Source: Octopus sinensis
Taxonomy: Eukaryota
DNA length: 48,250 bases
Direction of reading: 5' to 3'
Assembly (NCBI RefSeq): GCF_006345805.1
Contig: NW_021834529.1
Span: 1 to 48,250 of the forward strand
Each line of letters begins with the position of its first letter. Position 1 is the first letter of the stretch. Below the pieces are notes generated by a model. That model saw only the letters and a list, made by a program, of their open reading frames with translations, ran no database searches and was not told the origin of the DNA. Position numbers and translations under genes: made by a program. Below, piece by piece: positions 11,809-24,468 of this stretch.

Positions 11809-12057
11809 TGCCTTCGAAACACGCTGGAGTCGAACTAGTGAAAGCTGATGATAGGGGATTTTTCCTTATGTAGTATGTCCTGTACTCTGTTTTTCTGTTG
11901 TAAAAAATGGTTTTTCCGTTTTCGTTTCTCGTTGAGTTCTACGTCTAGTTGTGGTGTCCTGTACTCACGTATATATATTTATATATGCATGTATATATAC
12001 ATGTAGATGTAAGTACGTACATATATGTTTGTATGTATGCATATATTTTATTTATTA

Positions 12058-12103
<46 letters not shown>

Positions 12104-12104
12104 G

Positions 12105-12141
<37 letters not shown>

Positions 12142-12588
12142 ATATATACACGTATCCAGGTGATGACTGCTCTATTTTACATGGAAAGGAAAAGTAATCT
12201 TGTTTATATACTAGACATGGGTAGAGTAAACGTGGGAGAGACAATACTTCTCACATCCTGACCACAGCTGATTTGCTCTTCAAAAGGCAAACAGAGAGAC
12301 ATGAAGAAAGAAATGAAGGAAAAATATACCGGTGCAGATGTGGTGTTTTATTATTCATCCTCACCCAACTACCGAAAGGATTAAACCTGAGGAGTGAGTA
12401 ATATACGTCCGTATTGTAGGCGTAAAAGCCGGCAACTGACGTGGTCTACCGGAACGAGAATTTTCATGCATGCGCAGAAATGGTAGCGTCACCTTCCGCC
12501 GAAAGGATATTTTCCATGCGGCATTAGATTTGGCGAGGGCAAAAAAAAAATGGTGTCGGATACCTTGTGAATGCACCTTGTAGACACT

Positions 12589-12829
12589 TATTTCTTTATT
12601 ACCCACATGGGGCTAAACATAGAGGGGACAAACAAGGACAGACATAGGTATTAAGTCGATTACATCGACCCCAGTGCGTAACTAGTATTTATTTAATCGA
12701 CCCTGAAAGGATGAAAGGCAAAGTCGACCTTGGCGGAATTCGAACTCAGAAAGTAACGACAGACGAAATACCGGTAAGTATTTCGCCCGGCGTGCTAACG
12801 ATTCTGCCAGCTCACCGCCTTTTAGATAC
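12589..12829 (-). mobile_element. SINE family B with 17-bp TSD
   Basis: Same family as 6940-7176; TSD TGCACCTTGTAGA(C/T)ACT at 12572-12588 and 12830-12846. Confidence 0.9.
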
Positions 12830-13167
12830 TGCACCTTGTAGATACTGTCTCGGCGCTACCACTCTTGACGAGAGCAAAACATCATGGATGTTAGAGATGG
12901 GGAGTCAAAGTGAGAAAGAGGGAGAGAAAGAGATAGGGAGAACAAGAGAGAAGGTAGTGAGAGGATGAGAGAGAGAGGAGAGAAGGGAGTGTCAGAGAGC
13001 TGCAAAAACACTCATCTCGTTCTCATTTTTAGCTGAGTAATCTAATTAACACGAGTGAAATGAGGTGTCTTATTTCAGGCCAAAGCACCGCCCAGGCTGA
13101 CACCGAAACCTTACAACATTATGATAAAAGATCTTATCAACTAGGTCACACACCTTTACATTTACCA

Positions 13168-13422
13168 GTCTAAGTTACAGGGCGTAAACCCACCAACACC
13201 GGTTGTCAGGATGTGAAGGGACAAATGTGCGCGCGCACATGCATACACACACATATACGACGAGCTTCTTTGAGTTTCCGTCTACCAGATCCACTTACAA
13301 GGTTTTGGTTGACCCGGAGCTATAGAAGAAGACACTTGTTCAAGTTGCCACACAGTAGGACTGAACCCGAAACCCAGAACTATGTGGTTGGGGAGCAAGC
13401 TTCTTACCACACAACCACACCG
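13168..13422 (-). mobile_element. SINE family A, diverged partial copy
   Basis: Reverse complement of the family A head and middle (tttccgtctacca.atccact, ggactgaacccg). Confidence 0.8.
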
Positions 13423-13624
13423 TCTTTTGGAAGACTAAATTACTTATGAATATATATTTAAATTTGTCAGTTCGCATAACATAAAGGTACAAGCAAAACA
13501 TAAAGGTACAAGCAAAGCATAAAGGTACAAGAGGACAAGATTGTTGGTGAGATGCATTTAAATGAAATAAAGACGGTATCTGAATTAAAAAGAAAGAAAT
13601 GTATTCCTTAATAAATCGTTAATA

Positions 13625-13905
13625 TGACTTGCATATATTTTCTTAGTACGTTCCGGCAGATTCTAACCTGAATAAGCGAATCGCTTGTGAGTTTAGTCAT
13701 AGGATAACAGCTCCTTCAAAACAAATGTGTGTTCATCGTACATTGTTACCGTAAGGACTCATTAGAGTCAAGAGACTCTGAGACACCCGGGGTTTCAACA
13801 TCGTTGTGTCTTGTTAGCCAAAGGAACCCCTGACTAATGAACACCTAAAGTTATGTGTTAATTATTATACGGTATCGTTAAAGAAGACAGTTTAATATTA
13901 GTTAA
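13625..13905 (+). repeat. ~270-bp diverged direct repeat, copy 1 (copy 2 at 16205-16461)
   Basis: Shared blocks acgttccggca, aacctgaataagc, tttagtcata.gataaca, gagactctg, cggggtttcaacatcgt, aaagaagacagttt.atatt. Confidence 0.85.
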
Positions 13906-13923
13906 TATTAATGTATACCTTAG

Positions 13924-16162
13924 CCCCTTGACAACGGTTTTTTTTTTTCAAGCAAGTAGGTTGCCTTGACGGTAATCATCTCGGTTGAGATCACCAATAA
14001 GCGCACGACATTGGTTCGGCGTAAGTTTGCATCAACCGCTTTAACCAGTTTACGGCGGTTCTATATCCGGTTGCCTGAGAGCGGCAACGGTAATTGCGCT
14101 GATTGAGGTTAGCACTGAGTACAAGAGACAACGTTCGGCGTGTATTTACGTCAACTGCTTTAATGCAAGTGCTGTTTATTTACATAAAATTATATCCTTG
14201 TGCAGGACGCTCATGCGGTGTTATTCTTGAATAAGATCACTCGACAGCACAAGTCAGGTCAACTTCATGTATCTACAATCACGTGAATTCAAAAATTGAC
14301 TTAAGTGTGGTAGAGTTCAAAACAGGGTACCACACACAGTGGCATATCACGTTGTGAACAATAATATCTAGATTCTATACGTTTCCGTTTTACTTTACAT
14401 ACTGTGCATCTCTTGGAAATATTTGTCTTCTTGGCGGTGGGGGAAAACAGTCGTGGAAAATGTCCACGTCTCTTCACCATGCAATGAGGAACGAGTCCGG
14501 CGTGGGGACGGCCACGCTTTCTGTACTTTGGTAGGTCTGATGCTTCTATCATTTCACGGAGCAATAGATTCTTGAATGTCAAACTATCCCCCACACCGCC
14601 AGGCATTTGCCAAATCAAAACGCGAGTTCACGACACACATGTCAACAAGAAAAGTTTTTGTACTATTTCATAAATTTTCTAACCGATTTGTGTGACGTCG
14701 CCAGCTAATCTGAACGATCGACCCCGCCCATCCCTTCATTGTATGAAACAACTGCATTCGGTTTCATTATGGCACCACCCTCCGCATCTTATTTCCTAAT
14801 GACCTTCATGCTTGCAGAATGCATTGTGCATAACATGCAGACGTTTTTCTTGTCACGCCACACTAGAGCGAGAATGCCGCTATCGGTGCATCAGTACGCT
14901 GTTTCCCCCTTTCGAAGTTTTATCTTGTGAAAATCGGGTGGCACATTTTTCCTGTGCGTCTTCACAGTCGCAAAGGCAGTAATCCTCCTCGCCTGCAGCT
15001 GCAGGAAAGGGTCCGGACTGGAAAACCAGTTTTCCATATAAATATTGTATCCTTTGTCACAAGTTTTCATTCAGCGACAACACGATATCAATTGACGCTA
15101 GAGTAAACGCTGGAAGATTCAATATATCCTGACCAGAGTAGATTTTGTAATTCTACGTGTACCCACAGTCTCTACTAGTTGACTTCAAAGCGGGTGCCGT
15201 TTGGTCGAGTTGTATTGTTTGAATCGGAACCTTCCCTTGAATTTCCACAAACTCTCCTCCATACAAATGTCCTGTGTGAGAACATACACCGTTCTGAAAT
15301 GTTCAGGCACTTCGTCAACGACAGGACGTATTTTGTGCAGTCTGTCATTCTGGTTCTCGTCTGAGTTGAATGTAGATCTCGAAGAAGCGCCAAAAATCGA
15401 TCACGTGGCATCGTTTCCGGAAAGAAAGGTGTCAACGTAGCTGGATCCCGATTCCAATATGACACCAAGTTCGGTTTCTTCACGATGCCTATCAGTATCA
15501 AAAGGGCAAGCAAAACTTTGATTTTGTCCCCTGTGGTTGGAAATCAATCACAACCATGCCCGGGTCTGACATGCTAGGGATAGTTTTCAGCATAGTCATT
15601 CGTTTTGTCCGCTATATATTGGAACATTTCATTCGTTAAAAACTCGTGGAAGATTTCCAATGGCCAACTTCCATGTTCAAGGTTTGTCTTTATGCCGGGC
15701 GTACTAGTAAACCCAACGGATGTCATTGTCTCTCGCTCGCCACAGGACATTCTGTTGTCCAGGGCCATTTACTGCTGCCCGCCTGTACCTTTCATTCACT
15801 AAAATATCATCATCGCTATCGGAATCCTCTGGTTCAGAAGTAGGAAAATACTCACTCTCCGAGTCATCGTCCCAACCGGAAGAAACAACTGGTGAGGTGG
15901 TGGAGCTTGGTGGAGCTTGACGCGACGACCGTAAATTCAACGAAAGTAAACGCAACGATGAAGTTGACAGAGGATCGGGGTAGCAGGACCAGCCTATCGG
16001 GTCGTAAATATTTACATGAAACATCTAATCGGCCTATCAGTTGGCAAGCGGGCCGGTACTAAGTCATGTAACAGGTTCTAAATCAGGGACCGCAAAATTA
16101 CGTCAACCGATTTAAAGCATGTACGTTGCGTGCGTAAATTTACGCCAACTGTTTTAAAAGGG
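13924..16162 (-). mobile_element. piggyBac DNA transposon, complete but decayed
   Basis: Ends CCCCTTGACAACGGTT and AACTGTTTTAAAAGGG (12/16 inverted match), each flanked by TTAG; subterminal cgtaaatttacg-type repeats; transposase remnants inside. Confidence 0.88.
14301..15900 (-). pseudogene. piggyBac transposase pseudogene (PGBD4-like)
   Basis: Acidic N-terminus (DDDSESEY..EDSDSDDD), PLEIFHEFLTNEMFQYIADKTNDYA, IGIVKKPNLVSYWN..MPRDRF, YNEGMGGVD, C-terminal Cys-rich RCTVCK..SRYYC..LCVVPCFELYHT*; multiple frameshifts and stops. Confidence 0.92.
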
Positions 16163-16204
16163 TTAGTAAAACAGCATTTGAATGGTGAACAGCGAGACAC
16201 AAAA

Positions 16205-16461
16205 TGATGATTTACATATTTATTCTTAATACGTTCCGGCACACTCGAACCTGAATAAGCTAATCGCTGGTGTGTTTAGTCATAAGATAACAACTTTAAA
16301 ACGAATGTGTATTCATAATACATTATTATCGAAAGGACTGATTAGCGTCAGGAGACTCTGGAACACACGGGGTTTCAACATCGTGTCTTGTCAGTCAAAG
16401 GAACACCTGACTAAAGAACAGCTTTGTTACAGGATCTCTTTAAAGAAGACAGTTTGATATT
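16205..16461 (+). repeat. ~270-bp diverged direct repeat, copy 2
   Basis: Matches 13625-13905; continues after the SINE insertion at 17048. Confidence 0.85.
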
Positions 16462-17047
16462 CTTTTCTACTCTAGGCACAAGGCCCGAAATTTTTTTGGG
16501 GTGGGTGGGGAGCAGTCGATTAGATCTACCCCAGTATGCAACTGGTATGTAATCTATCGACCCTGAAAGGACAAAGGCAGAGTCGACCACGGCAGAGTTT
16601 GAACTCAGGGCGTAAAGACAGACGAAATTCCTATTTCTTTACTATCCACAAGGGGCAACACATAGAGGGGACAAACAAGCACAGACAAACGGATTAAGTC
16701 GATTACATTGACCCCAGTGCGTAACTGGTACTTAATTTATCGATCCCGAAAGGAGGAAAGGCAAAGTCGACCTCGGCGGAATTTGAACTTAGAACGTAAC
16801 GGCAGACGAAATACCTATTTCTTTACTACCCACAAGGGGCTAAACACAGAAGGGACAAACAAGGACAGACAAACGGATTAAGTCGATTATATCGACCCCA
16901 GTGCGCAACTGGTACTTAATTTATCGACCCCGAAAGGATGAAAGGCAAAGTCGACCTCGGCGGAATTTGAACACAGAACGTAACGGCAGACGAAATACTG
17001 CTAAGCATTTCGCCCGGCGTCCTAACGTTCCTGCCAGCTCGCCGCTT
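16462..17047 (-). mobile_element. SINE family B: one head plus three tandem body units under a single 17-bp TSD
   Basis: TSD GAAGACAGTTTGATATT at 16445-16461 and 17048-17064; three copies of the aaaggcaaagtcgacc..gaact core. Confidence 0.9.
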
Positions 17048-17478
17048 GAAGACAGTTTGATATTAGTTAAGAAAAAGATATTTCATAGAATTTGATATAT
17101 AAATCAACTGTGTATAGATTCTATTTTCTCTGGTTGTATGGGCAAATAAATGATGGCTCAATTGATAGACAATGGAAAGGAATGAAAAATATATAGAACA
17201 TATGAATATATGTATGTATGTATACATATGTGTGCATGTTTGTGTATATGCACATACATGTATGTCGTATGCACTTCTGTATGTATGCATCTGATTGTAT
17301 GTATATACGTATATGTATGTACGTATGTACGTAGTATATATTAATGTACGCATGTGTGTATGTGTAAGTATCCACGTACGCATGTATGTATGCGTGTGTA
17401 TATATATATATATATTATATATATATATATTATATATATATATATATATAATATATATATACATGTATATATATATGT

Positions 17479-17524
<46 letters not shown>

Positions 17525-17752
17525 CATATACATATATATATATATATGCAGGTGTACTATGTGTTTATGTATGTTGGCATGCATATAATTAAGCATATAT
17601 GCATGTATATATGCATACATGTTTGTATGTATTTATGAATATATGCATATGTATGTATATATGTATGTATGTACGTATGTATGTATGTATGTATGTACCT
17701 ATGTATGTATGTATGTATGTATGTATGTATGTATGTATGTATGTATGTATGC

Positions 17753-17785
<33 letters not shown>

Positions 17786-18317
17786 TGTATGTATGTATGT
17801 ATGTATGTATGTGTGTGTGTATACACGTATGTATTTATGTAAACTCGTGCTACAATCAAACTAACTTTAGACACTGTATAATGGAAACTTAAGAAACAAA
17901 AATAAGAAAAAGAACAAAAAGAAAAAGAAAAAGAAAAGAAAAATGACAATTCACATGTATATTTATGAATATTTATGGTATATGGGTAGCGAGCAGAGAG
18001 GTGGAATAGAAACAGAATATATAATAAATAATATATTTTATATATAATTATAATATATAATATAATTGTCTGGAATCGAAATTACTGAAAAATATATGGA
18101 AAAAATAAGGAGATGTAACCGTTGGTCAATATGTTAATGAAATTTCAATTCTAATGGGACTTCGTTAATGTACCATGATGAATGTTTTTTTACCAGGACA
18201 GCGAGTCGAGAAAGTGGAATGAATGAACGAAAGAAATATGAATTATGAGTGCCGTGATAGAATGAAATAACGGAATCTGTGACAAAAAAAAAATGGATAA
18301 ATAAATAAATAATTTTT

Positions 18318-18859
18318 TTTTCTAAATTTGGAAGAGGGCCAGCAGTTTTTGAAAGGAAGGTGTTGGGGTTACGTCGATAATATCGATCCCAGTGTTCAAC
18401 TGGTACTTATTTTATTGACCCCCCCGAAATGATGAAAGGCAAAGTCGGACCTCGGCGGAATTTGAACTCAAACGTAAAGACGGAGGAAATGCCGGCAAGC
18501 ATTTTTCCCTGGCGTGCTAACGACGTGTCTTCAATACGAATAATAATAATAATAATAATGATCCCTTCTACTATAGGCACAAAGCCTGAAATATGTGGGA
18601 GGACATTCGATTACATCGACCCCAGTACTCAACTGGTACTTATTTTATCGACCCCGGAAGAATGAAAAGCAAAGTCGACCTCGGTGGAATTTGAACTCGG
18701 AACGTAAGGACTGAAAAGATGCCGCTAAGAATTTTGTCCGGCGTGCTAACGACTCGTCTTCAATGTACCCTTATCAGACAGGTAGTCATGATGGGTATAT
18801 TGGGCTTCGTATAATTGTACTCCAGTGTCACTTTGATGGCATGCACTGCTCTCTCACTC

Positions 18860-18918
<59 letters not shown>

Positions 18919-19130
18919 TGATAATGATAATGGTTTCAAACTTTGCCACAGAGGCAGCAATTTTGGGGGAGGAGGATGAGTCGATTGCATCGACCACAGT
19001 ATTTAACTGGTACGTAATTTAGCGACCCAGAAAGGATGAATGGCAAAGTCGACCTTGGCGGAATTTGAACTATGAACGCAAAGAAGGAGGAAATGCCGCT
19101 AAGCATTTAGGCTCAACGTGCTAACGACTT
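18318..19130 (-). mobile_element. Cluster of three older family-B SINEs with (AAT)n tracts
   Basis: Core ..gcaaagtcg..cct.gg.ggaatttgaact at ~18435, ~18665 and ~19040. Confidence 0.8.
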
Positions 19131-19289
19131 GACTTCGCAAGAGGAACAAAATTTGGAGGACCAAAAAAATTGCGGAGTGTGAAATACAGTAACCATGTTT
19201 AAATGTTTACACAACATGTTTACGATTTGTATACCGAACATGTAATTTAATGTTATGTAATGTTTTCTACTTATCATTATCTTCAGTTA

Positions 19290-19690
19290 AGTCGGCGAGC
19301 CGGCAGAAACGTTAGCACGCCGGGCGAAATGCTTAGCGATATTTCGTCTACCGTTACGTTCTGAGTTCAAATTCCGCCGAGGTCGACTTTGCCTTTCGTC
19401 CTTTCAGGGTCGATAAATTAAGTACCAGTTACGCACTGGGGTCGATGTAATCGACTTAATACCTATGTCTGTCCTTGTTTGTCCCTTCTATGTTTAGCCC
19501 CTTGTGGGTAATAAAGAAATAGGTATTTCGTTTGTCTTAACGTTCTGAGTTCAAATTCCGTCGAGGTCGACTTTGCCTTTCATTCTTTCGGTGGTCGATA
19601 AAATAAGTACCAATTACGTACTGGGGTTGAAATAATTGACAAGTGTCCGTCCCCAAATTTCAGACCTTGTGTCTTTAGTAGAAATAATTG
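19290..19690 (+). mobile_element. SINE family B: head plus two body units
   Basis: ggcgagccggcagaaacgttagc head; core repeated at ~19360 and ~19545. Confidence 0.88.
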
Positions 19691-19711
19691 TTAATATTTT
19701 CAATGTATCGT

Positions 19712-19918
19712 TTTCTTGTTTTAGTCAAAGGACTGCAGCCGTGCTAGGGCACGACCTAGAAGGCTTTAGCCGAACAAATCGACTCCAATACTTACTTATA
19801 AAGTATGGTATTTATTTTATCGGTTCTTTTGCCGAACTGCTCGATTAGGAGAATGTAAACTAACCAACATCATTTGTCAAGCAGTGTGCGAGGACAAACA
19901 CACACACACATACATACA

Positions 19919-19958
<40 letters not shown>

Positions 19959-20282
19959 ATTTGTATATACATACATACACGTATTTGTATATGCATGCAA
20001 ACACGCACGTATTTGTATATACATACACCCACATTCACACACACGTATTTGAATATACATATACACACACATGCACACACCCACACGTATTTGTATATAT
20101 ATACACACGCACACACTCAACCACACACATATACACATATATGCACACACACATACGGACATCCACACAGTTTCCATCTACCAAATCCTCTCACACAAGG
20201 CATTGGTTGGCCCGGAACTATAGAAGAAGACAGTTCTCCAAGGTACCGTTCAGCGGAACTGAACCTGAGACCACGCAGTTGC
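19712..20282 (-). mobile_element. SINE family A with expanded internal microsatellite
   Basis: 3' half at ~19712-19895, 5' half at ~20170-20282; intervening CA/TA tract has repeated cacacgtatttg units. Confidence 0.7.
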
Positions 20283-21009
20283 AAATCCATGAAAAAATGT
20301 TTTTCTGCCCAAACTATTAAGCAAATAAGAAAACTGGAGGCCAAATATATATAACTAGGAGGAGATCTTAAATTAACATTTGAATGTTAAACATAAAATA
20401 TAACGTGTGGGTGTTTGTAAAAATTTCTATAAGGATAATTGAAGGTTAATTGTCAGGGGTTGTTTTATAGGTGAGATATTACGTAACAATGGTCAGATAA
20501 GTGAGAAATGATGGAAAATATATAAATTCATATTATAGGTGGGTCAGTGAGATAGTAAACGTGTAGGATCTAAAGGGCAATTGTGTTTGGTAAATTAACG
20601 TGATATTTGGACATATAATGCAAGATGTAGGATAAGATGTTAGTGTGGTTTTCAGGTTATTAAATAAGGAGGGAATAGTTGTCTTCAGATTCAGTCGAAT
20701 TGTTGTGGGTGTATTTTTTTTTTATGGCAGAAGATAAACAAGTCGGATGCAAAAATTTTGGGTGGGTGGAAAGAGAAAATAAAGAATATAACATTTAGAA
20801 ACGAAGAAGTGTGAGAATTACTGAAAGCTTATACTGAGACGGAGATTAGCTTATATATCTGGATGGAATTTGTATTTAACACGCGTGCGCACACACACAC
20901 GCACACACTCACGCACACTCACACATACACAAAAACACGCATGCACACACACCCACGCACGTGTATACGTATATATATATACACTCACTTTATCTATATC
21001 TCTCGCTCT

Positions 21010-21379
21010 TTACTCTTTTACTCTTTTACTTGTTTCAGTCATTTGACTGCGGCCATGCTGGAGCACTGCCTTTAGTCGAGCAAATAGACCGCAGGGCTTA
21101 TTCTATCGATCTTTTTTGCTGAACCGCTAAGTTACGGGGACGTAAACACACCAGCATCGGTTGTCAAGCGATGTTGGGGGGGGGGCACAAACACAGACAC
21201 ACACACATATATATATATATACATATATACGACGGGCTTCTTTCAGTTTCCGTCTACCAAATCCACTCACAAGGCTTTGGTCGGCCCGAGGCTATAGCAG
21301 AAGACACCTGCCCAAGATGCCACGCAGTGGGACTGAACCCGGAACCATGTGGTTGGTAAGCAAGCTACTTACCACACAT
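21010..21379 (-). mobile_element. SINE family A
   Basis: Reverse complement of 9421-9822, including the (agtaaaag)n tail. Confidence 0.9.
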
Positions 21380-21399
21380 ACAATCCTTTTTGTTTTTGT

Positions 21400-22800
21400 T
21401 CTTGGAACGGTGAATCTCGAAACAGATAAAGCTATAAAAGCAGCATATGAATATTAGACCAATCTACGATAAGGTATTTGTCATGACTACAAATTTTTAA
21501 AAACAGCATCTTTTAATTTACACATACGGCCTAATAAGAAATTATTATGGCTGCTACAGATCAAATAGAGTCCGATGTGGTCGAGTTCAGCTTAAATTAT
21601 TACGAGTTAACTTCCTTTGATGTGAGTTAATCTCATTTCATTTCAGATCTGAGTAGTCAAATATTTTTTGATATAATTTGATAAGTACTTTATAAGATGT
21701 AAGTAGCATGCGAATGTATAACAAATATAGGAATATTTTAGCTAGGTGCATGGCGGATTAAAGTACATTGCTTATGTTTCTCTTAATAGTTCCAGTTTAT
21801 TTATTGCAGCTTTGTGTGTTTTATTTTGTCTTTAAATCCGATAGGGATCAGGGTATGAGTGTAACAAACAATTAAAGGAATCATTGAAAATTTGTTACTT
21901 AGCAAGAGGATTAGATTACTTCAATGCTAGATTTTAAACTTATCTATTGATCGTGTTCTTCTATATGCAGTGTAAGGTTTCATTGAGCTTATTAATAACA
22001 AAGGGAGCTATTGCGATTAAGATTCACGTCTAAGAAATTCAGTTTTAAGATAGACTCTATAGTGATTCGAAACTTTAGATTTCTAGGAAAGAGAAGTAAG
22101 CTTTTCTAAACCTTCTCAGCTCGGAGAATTATAGTTTCTTAATAAAGGAATAGTTTATTCTCTGTATAAATTGGGAAGAATTTAGATTTTAATTTAATCA
22201 AGAGATAGTCGATACTTCACAGACCTCGCGCGTCCATACTAACACCATTAAAGAAAAGTTGAATTTTTTTTTAATCAAAAGGCTTTGTCGTAATATAATA
22301 TTTTTGCATGCATGCATGGTGATCTAAATTTCTTAACCTCTGATAATGGTTGCTTTTTTTAGCGTAGCTTAGAGTCTTTGATAATAAGTGTTCACAGGTG
22401 GACAAATAATAATAACTTTTAACATAAAATTGTCGCAAATTTTCTACGCTGGGGGATAGAGTTGAATCTTTGGGCATTATTCCAGATCGGCAGAGACTTA
22501 CAAAATATTTTCAAGCGTAGATATAATCTTATCCAAATTGTAGTTGCTTATGACACCAATATCTGTTTTGAAAGTGGTTTGATAGCGTCGAATAATCTAC
22601 TAAAATAGTTATATTTAAAATCTCTCTTGTGATCTTTAAATGTGAAATATGGGTCTCTTTAAACAATTGGCTTGGCTCCATTATCATCACTTTCTAGATT
22701 CGTAGCTATTAATTTTTTATGAGTATTGACGTTGTTCAAGATATTTCAGGGTTTGTTTTTTTTCGAGATTTTAGTGAAATGTTAGAGAGAAATCTTTAAT
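21400..22800 (-). pseudogene. Heavily degraded Penelope-like reverse transcriptase
   Basis: Manual minus-strand translation gives ordered remnants FTFKDHKRDF, DIGVIS..LDKII, EHLLSKTLSYAK, TMHACK, EVCEV, LYR, RITIES..NFLDVN, FNPP, matching the LKDHK/GAEVCE/LYRDD/WFNPP type of PLE RT. Confidence 0.7.
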
Positions 22801-24032
22801 TATTAATCTCTTGTGGTTTCATGTTGCCGATGCTGAGCTGTGTTCAAACTCAGACATTTGGTTCTAGTTGACTCAGTAGTTTTAACTGTCAATAAGTTCC
22901 ATGTTGTTTACAGTTGTTGTTCTGGCTCTGCTCAGCCTTGATCGAGCATACATATACGACTGCTTTGCTTTTTATTATTTCAGCCTGAGTGTACCTCGGA
23001 CTAAATATTCTAATATGTTGCTTCTGTAAGAGAGTAGAGAGTGATAGTAACGGAGAACTTTCGACTTTTTCTAGTATAGAAAGCAACTATGTGGAAGTTC
23101 CTTCGATACATTATCTTGTTATTGTTGTCGTCGTTGTTGCTGTTGTTGTCACTAGATGTCGACTCTATTATAATCATCTCTTGTTACGATGTGTTGTTGA
23201 AGCATTGTGCTGTGTTGTGTTTGTGGATGTCGTGTTCAGACGTGATACGTTGTATGTTGTGAAGTGTTTGTGATATGTGTTGTTTTCTGAGTCGAAAATG
23301 TGGCATATAGTTATGTGCTTGTGATGAGATGCTCTAATGTGTTGTTGAGATGTGATGAGTTTGTCATGTCTGCTGCTTTATAACTTCGTGTAGTCAGGTG
23401 TTGTGATATGTAGTAGACTGAACAACTATAAATACAGTTTTGTCTGTCTCGTTTTGATCGTAAAGTTGATAGATGTTGTAAGTACGCTGAGCCAGATAGA
23501 AAAAAAAGAAAAGAAATGGATAGTCATGCGTAGAAGGACTTTGATCGAAGACCTGCCCGTTCAGACCTGACCAGGGGCTAAGCAACAACAATTCCTAACT
23601 CAGACGTACTTTAGCATAACAATACGCCCATTTGGCAAAAACACACATACGACCACATGCTTCAGGCGCATACACTTACATACTAACACCGACAAACACA
23701 TGAACACACACAAGGAAGGGGGATGGTAACAATTGACGGGAGAAATCAATGGGGAAAAGGAGAGAAAGAAGGAAAGAGAGGCAGGAAGAAAGGGAAGGTG
23801 TGAGGAAGAGTAAGAGGAAATTAGGGATAAGTGGGTGTGGCTGCGGGTTTTATTTGATGTTCTGCTCACCTGCTCGAGATAATACGAAATTTGCCAACAA
23901 CGGGGGACGCACAAACACAGACACATACATGGAGATATTCACAATGACACGCACAAATACTTGTATGCAAATATTTACGCAAACGCAAGCAAGGGCACCT
24001 ATACACACCTATCTAACTCTTCCTGTCTTTGT

Positions 24033-24033
<1 letters not shown>

Positions 24034-24102
<69 letters not shown>
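24034..24102. repeat. (TCTA)n array abutting the LINE 5' end
   Basis: Directly visible. Confidence 0.97.
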
Positions 24103-24325
24103 CTCTACAATGGACGGACGCTAGTCATATCGGCTCCACGTAAGTTGGCCACTTTTACATGTTTAAAACTCCTTGTTGTCAAATGTTTTGTTTTAATCGT
24201 TGTGCAAGTTCATTCACTAAAAAACCTGAGAATTATTCACGTAGAATTCCGCCCCTGTGTGGGCAAAATTACCAAAAACTTTCAAAACTTTCGTTGGTTC
24301 TTTTTAGCCATTTTTCATTTTGAAA

Positions 24326-24436
24326 ATGGCAACTAGAAACCACGTGGCTAGCCCACCAGTCATGCAGAACGGTAGCGAAACACTATTGCTACCACTAGCT
24401 GCTAAACCTCGCAGCTTGAACACCGCTGTCACCACC

Positions 24437-24468
<32 letters not shown>

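Noticed and set aside
13625-16461. LTR retrotransposon interpretation of the direct repeats
   Set aside because: The interior is a piggyBac with its own termini; no TG..CA ends, primer-binding site or gag/pol seen.
20300-20870. Possible degraded Penelope endonuclease on the minus strand (CIICP)
   Set aside because: Too few motifs to support by eye.
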